Notes under the pieces: generated by a model
Database searches by the model: none
What the model was told of the DNA's origin: nothing
What the model saw: only the letters and a program-made list of their open reading frames with translations
DNA from: Kiloniellales bacterium
GTDB lineage: Bacteria > Pseudomonadota > Alphaproteobacteria > Kiloniellales > JAKSDN01
Reading direction: 5' to 3'
Assembly (NCBI GenBank): GCA_041617155.1
Contig: JBFJPL010000003.1
Coordinates: forward strand, 19,189 to 83,188
DNA length: 64,000 nt
Made by a program: the position numbers and the translations under genes
Part shown: piece by piece, positions 23,701-32,682 of the stretch
Position numbering within the stretch: the stretch's first letter is position 1
Layout: each line of letters begins with the position of its first letter

Positions 23701-23785
23701 GCTGGCCGGGGTCGAACGGATCCAAGCCTTCATCGCGAGCTATCGCGCGCGGGTCCGCAAGGACGGCCTCAGCAACCTGAACTAG
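20735..23785 (+). CDS. Large secreted AMIN-like plus TPR-repeat protein (flagellar cluster, unknown function)
   Basis: 1016 aa from ATG 20735, which overlaps the motB stop (TGATG). It has a signal peptide (AALLGGFLVAALPVPAAVA), an AMIN-like segment (LNLRSGEHEGFSRLVFDWDAPVTYSIEETPSGATVSFDRPARLDL...VVIDV), an Ala/Pro-rich linker, and a long C-terminal helical-repeat region rich in A/L/R. The track ORF start 20537 is an out-of-frame overlap with motB. Confidence 0.75.
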   Translation: MARRQAKIAALLGGFLVAALPVPAAVAEPPDQTAPALNLRSGEHEGFSRLVFDWDAPVTYSIEETPSGATVSFDRPARLDLKSYRKDPSPGILDLTLGPGDDGLTVALRLPEGANLRHFLSGPKVVIDVLAPGAGAAEAQADQESAAAGAAPESLGNSILSDAVEAAVALTGDTRANRAGTRPTRLGVAPKAAEPKAPPRRAAPRPATSSKASRRKLVVTYERPPLPAAMPVPGMTAPRYRPLAIRLKGIAGVAAAAFRRGQHLWLVFDLPARVNIARQIQRIAPELAPVLQLERPDIVALRLTVPLGVAPKLRRDGTDWLVDLRPRLIRPEKPATLDLRAGHDGPRLVFPVTGAGRLIQLDDPDMGDRVHVLPVSLADFGLATARDFPQFQALATYQGLAIVPRSDRLWITLDKDALKITSSAGLLVTAGLDTDAEPNEEETVAGKRRLFDLAAWREVDGDDFETNRKLLQRAIIAPGDARSLDLARLRLARFFFAHGLATETLSVIRLMARERGRFAADPEMILLEGAAAFLAQDFHAAAASLSHPALEGEAEAVIWRAAMSAAAQDWPYAAELFEQGKATIQDYPRAVRVRLHLLAAEARLAIGDTGGASFYLKQALEAQSTDFERAQIDFLEGRRLLADQRPERALPLWRRVAASTHRPSQARARLALVNQGLKAGTLEPASAIAELERLRFVWRGDEFEAALLERLGRLYADAGDYRDALVALRQAASHFPGSVRAEAAARHMRKLFASLYLGDKRASLSPLAALALYREFEELTPAAQDGNRLIDNLVDRLVEIDLLGQAAELLEDQIARRLAGEKRARAGARLALVRLLDRQPGHALEALNSSAAKKLPSAVERRRRHLRARALAGLHRGRDGLAVLAGDESEDARKLRAEILWQLRDWPAAAVALARLIPRDPPKERALDAVETQTVIDLATAYTLAGDRRALDDLARRFGKAMAESGKADSFTLLTSDFGKANLAAVADELAGVERIQAFIASYRARVRKDGLSNLN

Positions 23786-23801
23786 GAGCTTTCGCGGCCC
23801 G

Positions 23802-24542
23802 CTAGGTGCCGTAGCTTTGCACCAGGGAGCCGGCGACCAGGTACCAGCCGTCGACCAGCACGAAGAAGATCAGCTTGAAGGGCAGGGAGATCATGATCGG
23901 CGGCAGCATCATCATGCCCATGGACATGAGGATCGAGGCCACCACCATGTCGATCACCAGGAACGGCAGGAACAAAAGGAAACCGATCTCGAAGGCGCGC
24001 TTCAGCTCGCTGATCATGAAGGCCGGGATGAGCGCACGCATCGGCGTCTCCTCCGGCGCCGATATCGCGTCGATCTCGGCCATGTCCATGAACAGCTTGA
24101 GGTCCTGCTCGCGCACGTGGGCCAGCATGAAACTGCGCACCGGACCGGTCGCGAGGTCGAGCGCCTGCATCTCGGTCACGTCCTCGGCCACCAGGGGTGC
24201 GATGGCCTCATCATAGATCAGTTCCAGAGTCGGCATCATGACGAAGGCCGTGAGGAACAGCGCAAGGCTGATCAACACCGAATTGGGCGGCGTTTGCTGG
24301 ATGCCGAGCGCGCTGCGCAGAAACGACAGGACAACGACGATCCGGGTGAACGAGGTCATCATCACCAGGATCGACGGCGCCAGGCTGAGGATGGTGATAA
24401 GTGCGACCAGCTGGATGATCCGGCCGGTTGCCGAGCCGCCTTCGGTGCCGAGGTCCAGATTGAGGCTTTGCGCCGCCGCCGGCTCGGCGCCCGCCAGGAG
24501 CGCGGCGATCAGCCCGCCGAGCAGCCAGAGGAGAGGTCTCAT
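23802..24542 (-). CDS. fliP: Flagellar export apparatus protein FliP
   Basis: 246 aa. LAPSILVMMTSFTRIVVVLSFLRSALGIQQTPPNSVLISLALFLTAFVM is the FliP signature. Confidence 0.95.
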   Translation of the reverse strand: MRPLLWLLGGLIAALLAGAEPAAAQSLNLDLGTEGGSATGRIIQLVALITILSLAPSILVMMTSFTRIVVVLSFLRSALGIQQTPPNSVLISLALFLTAFVMMPTLELIYDEAIAPLVAEDVTEMQALDLATGPVRSFMLAHVREQDLKLFMDMAEIDAISAPEETPMRALIPAFMISELKRAFEIGFLLFLPFLVIDMVVASILMSMGMMMLPPIMISLPFKLIFFVLVDGWYLVAGSLVQSYGT

Positions 24543-24856
24543 CGGGCTTCGCTCCCCGCCGGCAGCGGCTTCTCGTCGCTCAGGGCTTGCCGCCCGGCGG
24601 TCATGCGCTCCAGGTGCAGGTCAGCGCCGCCGCCCAGCAGCACCAAGTGTTCGGTGTCGTCGCGGCGCAGCAACACCAGGCGGCGGCGCGCGTCGAGCGG
24701 CATCACCTCGACCACCGAAAGGCGCCGCGCCTTGCCGGTGTTGGGCGTCAGCCGGCCGGCCAGCCCGAAGCGCCGCGCCGCCCAGGCCAGGCAGCCGATC
24801 AGGCCGAGCACGAAGATCAGGGCCAGCAGGAACTTGAAGTAGACGGCGAAGTCCAT
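24539..24856 (-). CDS. fliO: Flagellar export protein FliO
   Basis: 105 aa with a single N-terminal TM, then RRLSVVEVMPLDARRRLVLLRRDDTEHLVLLGG, which is typical of FliO. It overlaps fliP by 4 nt. Confidence 0.8.
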   Translation of the reverse strand: MDFAVYFKFLLALIFVLGLIGCLAWAARRFGLAGRLTPNTGKARRLSVVEVMPLDARRRLVLLRRDDTEHLVLLGGGADLHLERMTAGRQALSDEKPLPAGSEAR

Positions 24857-24865
24857 CGCGCGCCG

Positions 24866-25141
24866 TCAGGGCTGATTCTCTGGCTGCCCGCCGGCCTGGT
24901 TCAGCAGTTCGAGGACGGCGGCGGCCAGGCGGTCGAGCGCGTCGCGCAGATCCCACAGCTTGGGCGCCAGTGCCACGGCCTGCTCCCGCGGCTGGTTTTC
25001 GAGGTTCGTGCAGATATCTCGGACCCGCTGGCCGAAGCCGGACAGCTCCACCAGGCGGCCGGCGCTGATCTCGGCGTGGGCCGCGGCAACCGCCTGGCCG
25101 AGCCGGTCGATCTCCGCCGCGATCGCGGTGGTGGGGGTCAC
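24866..25141 (-). CDS. Hypothetical small helical protein (flagellar export operon)
   Basis: 91 aa. The GTG start overlaps the stop of the upstream FlhB-C-like gene (GTGA). It sits 9 nt upstream of fliO. I recognise no family. Confidence 0.55.
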   Translation of the reverse strand: MTPTTAIAAEIDRLGQAVAAAHAEISAGRLVELSGFGQRVRDICTNLENQPREQAVALAPKLWDLRDALDRLAAAVLELLNQAGGQPENQP

Positions 25142-25479
25142 GGCGCGGCCTCGCCGGCGGCGGCCTGAGAGGCGCGATAGACGTAGGTCAGGATCTCGGC
25201 CACGGCGGCCAAGGCGGGCAGCGGCACTTCGCTGTCGATCTCCACCGCCGCCAGAATCTCCGCCAGATCGGCGTCGGTCCGCACCTTGACGCCCCGGTCG
25301 AAGGCGATCGCGAGTATCTGCTCGGCCAGGCGGCCTTGCCCCTTGGCGACGACGCGCGGCCCCTGGGCGGCGCCGGGGTCCTGCTGCAGGGCGATGGCCA
25401 GCGGACGGGGCCCGCCGGAATCTGGTGTCGAAGAGATCGGCTTGTCGGCCACGGCTGGCACCCGGTCCTCGGCTGTCAT
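25138..25479 (-). CDS. Stand-alone FlhB C-terminal-domain-like protein (EscU/YscU/FlhB-CC family, COG2257-like)
   Basis: 113 aa. PLAIALQQDPGAAQGPRVVAKGQGRLAEQILAIAFDRGVKVRTDADLAEILAAVEIDSEVPLPALAAVAEILTYVYRA aligns with the post-NPTH part of the bona fide FlhB in this window (HFAVALAYELGSAGAPKVTAKGADTLALRMRELAEEYAVPVVENPPLARALYGSVELDQEIPPEHYKAVAEIIGYVMRL). Confidence 0.8.
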   Translation of the reverse strand: MTAEDRVPAVADKPISSTPDSGGPRPLAIALQQDPGAAQGPRVVAKGQGRLAEQILAIAFDRGVKVRTDADLAEILAAVEIDSEVPLPALAAVAEILTYVYRASQAAAGEAAP

Positions 25480-25541
25480 GGGTCCGGTCCCGACAAAAAG
25501 ACTATCGCCGACACCGAGGCGATAATCATTATCTGTTAACC

Positions 25542-25556
25542 TTAAAGAATTATTTA
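25542..25556. promoter_or_regulatory. CtrA-like box (TTAA-N7-TTTA) upstream of the FlhB-C-like/fliOP operon
   Basis: TTAAAGAATTATTTA followed by CGG, preceded by TTAACC at 25536-25541. It lies 63-77 nt upstream of ATG 25479. Confidence 0.4.
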
Positions 25557-25609
25557 CGGCGAGCGCGCGAGGCTGCCCAGTCGGGTCGGGAGAGGTGCGG
25601 GACCGTGGC

Positions 25610-25846
25610 TCAGTCGGTCGGTTTCTTGCCCTTCTCCTGCTCGGTCACCTGACCTGCCTGCTGGGTCGCGGCGGCCGCCCGGTTTTCGGCCTGTATGCGC
25701 TCGTGGATCTCGCGACGCAGCACGGTGGCGGTCGGCGGAAAGGTAAAGCCCAGTTTGATCGACTTGCCCCGAATGTCGATGACGGTGACTTCGATGTCGT
25801 CGTTTATGATGACTGACTCGCCGATCTTGCGTGTCAGATAGAGCAT
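25610..25846 (-). CDS. csrA: Carbon storage regulator / translational repressor CsrA homolog with a C-terminal extension
   Basis: 78 aa from ATG 25846. MLYLTRKIGESVIINDDIEVTVIDIRGKSIKLGFTFPPTATVLRREIHERI matches the CsrA fold sequence (MLILTRKxGESIxIGDDIxVTVLxIxGxQVRLGIxAP). The 22 upstream codons of the track ORF are not CsrA-like. Confidence 0.85.
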   Translation of the reverse strand: MLYLTRKIGESVIINDDIEVTVIDIRGKSIKLGFTFPPTATVLRREIHERIQAENRAAAATQQAGQVTEQEKGKKPTD

Positions 25847-25912
25847 GAGCTGCTTGCGCCTTTTCCAATTCGGCGGCGCCCCACGGCGCAACCCCCAGCA
25901 TTTATCATGCAA

Positions 25913-25927
25913 TTAAATCACTTTTTA
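25913..25927. promoter_or_regulatory. CtrA-like box (TTAA-N7-TTTA) in the csrA / flgB divergent region
   Basis: TTAAATCACTTTTTA followed by CGG, the same TTAA-N7-TTTACGG arrangement as at 25542. It lies about 95 nt upstream of the flgB ATG. Confidence 0.4.
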
Positions 25928-26019
25928 CGGATCATTAATAGGCCGCGCGTGATAGTGCGCTGGGTCGGTCTGTCGGCACCGACCGATCGAAGCTCGAAAG
26001 ATCGGCCCCGGGAGACCCC

Positions 26020-26430
26020 ATGGACGGCAAGCTGAACATCTTCGAAGCGATCGCCCGGCGCATGGTCTGGCTCGGCCAGCGGCAACAGGTCCTGGCCCAG
26101 AACATCGCCAATTCGGACACGCCCGACTACGTTCCGCAGGACCTCAAGCACGGTCCATTCCAGCGCGTGCTGGCGAAGAGCGTCGCGCTCGTGCGCCCGG
26201 CCGCGACCCACGCCAAACACATGGCGGGCCCGGCCGGCCTGGCCGCCCGCCCGGCCGAGAGCGCGGATCAGCGCGAGCGTTTCGAGACCGCGCCATCGGG
26301 CAACGCGGTGGTGCTCGACGAGCAGCTGATCAAGGTCGCCGAGACCCAGATGGACTATCAGACCATGACCAACCTGTACCGCAAGCACGCCCAGATGATC
26401 CGCGCGGCGCTCGGCCGCGGCGGCAACTAG
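26020..26430 (+). CDS. flgB: Flagellar proximal rod protein FlgB
   Basis: 136 aa. It carries RQQVLAQNIANSDTPDYVPQDL and C-terminal LDEQLIKVAETQMDYQTMTNLYRKHAQMIRAAL. Confidence 0.9.
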   Translation: MDGKLNIFEAIARRMVWLGQRQQVLAQNIANSDTPDYVPQDLKHGPFQRVLAKSVALVRPAATHAKHMAGPAGLAARPAESADQRERFETAPSGNAVVLDEQLIKVAETQMDYQTMTNLYRKHAQMIRAALGRGGN

Positions 26431-26457
26431 ACGGTCTAGCTAGGAGGAGGACAAGCT

Positions 26458-26868
26458 GTGTCGGATTTGGTCAAGGCGCTGAACATCTCGGCGGCCGGGC
26501 TCGAGGCCCAGGGCACGCGGCTTCGGGTGATCGCGGAAAACGTCGCCAACGCCGACTCGGCGGCGCAAAGCCCGGGTGCCGAGCCCTACCGCCGCAAGGT
26601 CGTCACCTTCAGCAACGCGCTCGACCGCGAGCTCGGGGTCGCGCGGGTCGAGGTCAAGGGCATCACCCTGGACCGCAGCGATTTCGGACGCCGTTTCGAG
26701 CCCGGCCACCCGGCGGCCGACCCGCAGGGCTACATCCGCACGCCGAACGTCAACAGCCTGCTCGAGGTGGCCGATATGCGCGAGGCGCAGCGCAGCTACG
26801 AGGCCAACCTCAAGGCGATCCAGTCGGCCCGCACCATGTTGCAACAGACCATCGACATTCTGCGCTGA
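26458..26868 (+). CDS. flgC: Flagellar proximal rod protein FlgC
   Basis: 136 aa with a GTG start preceded by AGGAGGAGG. It carries LRVIAENVANADS...PYRRKVVTF...PGHPAADPQGYIRTPNVNSLLEVADMREAQRSYEANL. Confidence 0.93.
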   Translation: MSDLVKALNISAAGLEAQGTRLRVIAENVANADSAAQSPGAEPYRRKVVTFSNALDRELGVARVEVKGITLDRSDFGRRFEPGHPAADPQGYIRTPNVNSLLEVADMREAQRSYEANLKAIQSARTMLQQTIDILR

Positions 26869-26956
26869 CCCGCGCCCGGACCGCCACAAGGGCGGCCGGT
26901 TTCACGCCAGAACGGCACACCCCGAGAGCGTACCGCACCCGCAAGGAGCATAGCTC

Positions 26957-27268
26957 ATGACCGTCAATCTCGCCGATGCCGTATCCGCCTATCAGCGCCT
27001 GGTCCGAAGCGAGGCGGAGACCGGATTGGAGGCGCGCGACGGCGCGCGCGACGGCGATTTCGCCGGCGCCCTGCGCGCGGCCACCGAGACCGCCGTCGAG
27101 TCGCTGCGCACGGGCGAGACGGAATCGCTGAAGGCGGCCGCCGGAAAGGCCGACATCAACGAGGTGGTGCTGGCCGTCAGCCAGGCGGAGATCACACTGC
27201 AGACCGTGGTCGCGGTGCGCGATCGGGTGATCCAGGCCTATCAGGAGATCCTGCGCATGCCGATCTAG
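26957..27268 (+). CDS. fliE: Flagellar hook-basal body complex protein FliE
   Basis: 103 aa. DINEVVLAVSQAEITLQTVVAVRDRVIQAYQEILRMPI is the FliE C-terminus. Confidence 0.9.
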   Translation: MTVNLADAVSAYQRLVRSEAETGLEARDGARDGDFAGALRAATETAVESLRTGETESLKAAAGKADINEVVLAVSQAEITLQTVVAVRDRVIQAYQEILRMPI

Positions 27269-27330
27269 GCCAGGAGGCGGCCCGCCGGCACCAGCGCAGT
27301 TCCCCAATTCACTGCAGAAGCTCAAGTACC

Positions 27331-27597
27331 ATGAACCCTACCGACGTCCTCGAGGTCTCGCGCCAGGCGGTCATCGTGATGCTGAAGATCGGCTCGCCGA
27401 TCCTTGGTCTGGCACTGGCGGTCGGCCTCGTCGTGTCGCTGTTCCAGGCGCTGACCCAGATCCAGGAGATGACCTTGTCCTTCGTGCCGAAGATCATGGT
27501 GATCTTCGTCTCGCTGCTGGTGCTGCTGCCGTTCATGATGTCCACGCTGGTGACCTTCGGTCATAGCCTGATGGACCGGATCGTCGCCCTCGGTTAG
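27331..27597 (+). CDS. fliQ: Flagellar export apparatus protein FliQ
   Basis: 88 aa with two TM segments. It carries LGLALAVGLVVSLFQALTQIQEMTLSFVPKI. Confidence 0.93.
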   Translation: MNPTDVLEVSRQAVIVMLKIGSPILGLALAVGLVVSLFQALTQIQEMTLSFVPKIMVIFVSLLVLLPFMMSTLVTFGHSLMDRIVALG

Positions 27598-27609
27598 GAC
27601 AGGGCAAGC

Positions 27610-28368
27610 ATGCTCGACGCCCTGCTGCCGAAGGAGCTCTTCGCGGTCCTGCTCGTTTTCGTTCGAATCGGCGCCGCCATGATGCTGCTGCCCGGCGTCG
27701 GCGAGCCCTATGTCTCGCCGCGGGTCCGCTTGCTTCTTGCGCTGATGATCGCGCTGCTGCTGACCCCGGTGTTGTCCGGCACGCTGCCGGCCCTGCCCGA
27801 TAGCCTGGCGCTGCTTGCCCTGCTGGTCTTGGGCGAGGTCGTGATCGGGCTCTTCATCGGCACGATCACCCGTTTCTTCATGGCGGCGCTGACCACCGCG
27901 GGCATGATGATCGCCTACTCCACGGCGCTCGCCAACGCGCTGACCAACGATCCAAGCGCGGCCCAGCAGGGTTCGATCTCCGGGTCATTTCTGACGCTGG
28001 TCGCCTTGCTGACCATCTTTGCACTCAACCTCCATCACCTGATGCTCCAGGCGCTGGTCGAGAGCTACCACCTGTTCGTGCCCGGCCAGGCGCTGCCGCT
28101 CGGCGATTTCTCCGACATGGTGGCGCGCGTGATGGCCCGGACCTTCCTGCTGTCGTTTCAGCTCGCGGCGCCGTTCGTTGCGGTGGCGATGATCTTCTTC
28201 CTGGGCATCGGCCTGCTGGCGCGGCTCATGCCCCAGGTGCAGATCTTCTTTGTCGCCATGCCGGTACAGATCGCCCTGGGCCTGGTCGTCCTGTCGCTGG
28301 CCGTGCCCTTCATCATCCGATGGTTTGCCGGCGGTCTGGAACAGACCGTGCTGAGCTTGGGCGGGTAG
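27610..28368 (+). CDS. fliR: Flagellar export apparatus protein FliR
   Basis: 252 aa, polytopic. FVRIGAAMMLLPGVGEPYVSPRVRL... is typical of FliR, and the gene lies between fliQ and flhB. Confidence 0.9.
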   Translation: MLDALLPKELFAVLLVFVRIGAAMMLLPGVGEPYVSPRVRLLLALMIALLLTPVLSGTLPALPDSLALLALLVLGEVVIGLFIGTITRFFMAALTTAGMMIAYSTALANALTNDPSAAQQGSISGSFLTLVALLTIFALNLHHLMLQALVESYHLFVPGQALPLGDFSDMVARVMARTFLLSFQLAAPFVAVAMIFFLGIGLLARLMPQVQIFFVAMPVQIALGLVVLSLAVPFIIRWFAGGLEQTVLSLGG

Positions 28369-28378
28369 ACCTTAAGCC

Positions 28379-29485
28379 ATGGCAGACGAACGTCCCGACG
28401 AGTCGCAAAAGACCGAGGAGCCGACCCAAAAGCGCCTGCTGGAGGCGCAGCAGAAGGGCCAGGTGGCCAAGTCCCAGGAGGTCGGCCACTGGTTCATGAT
28501 CCTGGCCTTCGCGATCATGGTCGGATTCCTGGCGCCCGGTGTCGCCCGGGACATCGCCGATGCGCTTTACGGCTTGGTCGCGCGGCCCCATGCGATCCGG
28601 GTCGACGGCGCCGGCATCCAGGACCTGCTCGGCGAACTGACGGCCAACCTGGGCCTGGCGCTCGCCGTCCTGGTCCTGCTGGCCATGGTCGCCGCTCTGG
28701 CATCGGGCATGCTGCAGACCGGGTTCATCCTGACCACCGAACCGATCAAGCCCAAACTGGAACGGATCTCGCCGGCCAGCGGATTGAATCGGATGTTCTC
28801 CGCGCGCGCCCTGGTCGAGTTCCTGAAAGGCGTTGCAAAGCTTTCGATCGTCGGCTGCGTCATCGCCTTGTTGCTGTGGCCGGAGCGGCGCCTGATCGCC
28901 GACCTGGTGACCATGGACCTGGTCCAGTTCCTGGCGGTGATCCAATCTCTGGCTTTCCGGGTCCTGCTTGCCGTGTTGGCCGTCATGACGGTGATTGCCG
29001 GACTGGATTTCCTGTTCCAGAAGCAGCAGCACGCCAAACAGATGCGCATGTCGAAGCAGGAAGTGAAGGACGAGTTCAAGCAGACCGAAGGCGATCCCAT
29101 GGTCAAGGCTCGGCTGCGGCAGATTCGCATGGAGCGCGCCCGGCAACGTATGATGGCCGCCGTGCCGGAGGCCGATGTGGTGATCGCCAATCCGACCCAC
29201 TTCGCGGTCGCGCTTGCTTACGAACTCGGCTCCGCCGGGGCGCCGAAGGTGACGGCCAAAGGCGCCGATACGCTTGCCCTGCGCATGCGCGAGCTGGCCG
29301 AGGAGTACGCTGTGCCGGTGGTCGAAAACCCGCCCCTGGCGCGCGCGCTCTACGGCTCGGTCGAGCTCGATCAGGAGATCCCGCCCGAACATTATAAGGC
29401 GGTCGCCGAAATCATCGGGTATGTCATGCGCCTAAAGGGTAAGCTACCCCAGCAGCGGGCCGGCTTGCAGCGGGGCCGTGAGTGA
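28379..29485 (+). CDS. flhB: Flagellar export switch protein FlhB
   Basis: 368 aa. It starts ESQKTEEPTQKRLLEAQQKGQVAKSQEV, has 4 TM segments, and carries the autocleavage motif VVIANPTHFAVAL. Confidence 0.95.
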   Translation: MADERPDESQKTEEPTQKRLLEAQQKGQVAKSQEVGHWFMILAFAIMVGFLAPGVARDIADALYGLVARPHAIRVDGAGIQDLLGELTANLGLALAVLVLLAMVAALASGMLQTGFILTTEPIKPKLERISPASGLNRMFSARALVEFLKGVAKLSIVGCVIALLLWPERRLIADLVTMDLVQFLAVIQSLAFRVLLAVLAVMTVIAGLDFLFQKQQHAKQMRMSKQEVKDEFKQTEGDPMVKARLRQIRMERARQRMMAAVPEADVVIANPTHFAVALAYELGSAGAPKVTAKGADTLALRMRELAEEYAVPVVENPPLARALYGSVELDQEIPPEHYKAVAEIIGYVMRLKGKLPQQRAGLQRGRE

Positions 29486-29566
29486 TGGATAAAGGGGTTC
29501 GCAAATCAGTACCTATCATCCTCCTGTGAGGGTGGGGACTGTTACGCTTGGGAGTGTTTTGACACG

Positions 29567-32050
<2,484 letters not shown>

Positions 32051-32087
32051 GCGATAGGCGGCCAGTCCCCTGAGCTTTCGGCCGAAA

Positions 32088-32538
32088 TCAGCCGAGGCCT
32101 TCGTACTCCACCGTCGTCATCGTGCCCGCTTGCATGTGGTCGGGGTTGTGGCAGTGGAACACCCAGTTGCCCGGATTGTCGGCGTCGAAGGCGAGGGTCG
32201 TGCTGCTTGCCCGGTGGCACCTGGAGCGTGTCGCGCAGGGCGCCGGAAAAACGCTGGCGATTCAGCGCCACCACCTGGAAGCTGTGGCCGTGCAGGTGCA
32301 TGGGTTGGGCCATCGAGGTGCGGTTGACCAGTTCGATCTCGACCCGCTCGCCAGGCGCGACACGCAACGGCTTGTGGCTGCCGTAAACGTCGCCGTTGAG
32401 GCTCCAGCGATAGTCCGCGCCGCCACCGGTCAAGGCCACTTCATAGCGCCGATTGGCCGCCTTGGCGGACAGCGGCGCGGCCGCCCGTAACCGACTCTCG
32501 AGCGCGTTGCCGTCCGCGGGTACGGCGGCCTCCGCCAC
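32088..32538 (-). pseudogene. Remnant of a multicopper oxidase (CopA/laccase-type C-terminal cupredoxin domain), 5'-truncated and frameshifted
   Basis: One frame gives ...YRWSLNGDVYGSHKPLRVAPGERVEIELVNRTSMAQPMHLHGHSFQVVALNRQRFSGALRDTLQVPPG. The conserved continuation SSTTLAFDADNPGNWVFHCHNPDHMQAGTMTTVEYEGLG* is in the +1 frame and stops at 32088-32090. The shift lies near 32207-32208 (extra A in GGCAAGC). Only about 200 codons of open frame exist before a stop near 32690, whereas full MCOs exceed 450 aa. Confidence 0.65.
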
Positions 32539-32682
32539 CGACGCCAGACGCCGGACCTGGGCGGTCTTGGTCGCCAGGACGATGCCGGCGCGCCGGCGGT
32601 CGCCTTCGCGCCGCGCGAAGACCGGGGTAGGCGCCCGGCCGGCGAGCCCCGGGTTGCGGCCGGAAAAGCGGCCGTCTTTTCT

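Noticed and set aside
21524-23725. Minus-strand ORFs (21524-22975, 23048-23725) opposite the AMIN/TPR gene
   Set aside because: They have shadow-frame composition and no start context. The plus-strand frame is continuous for 1016 codons with a signal peptide and translational coupling to motB.
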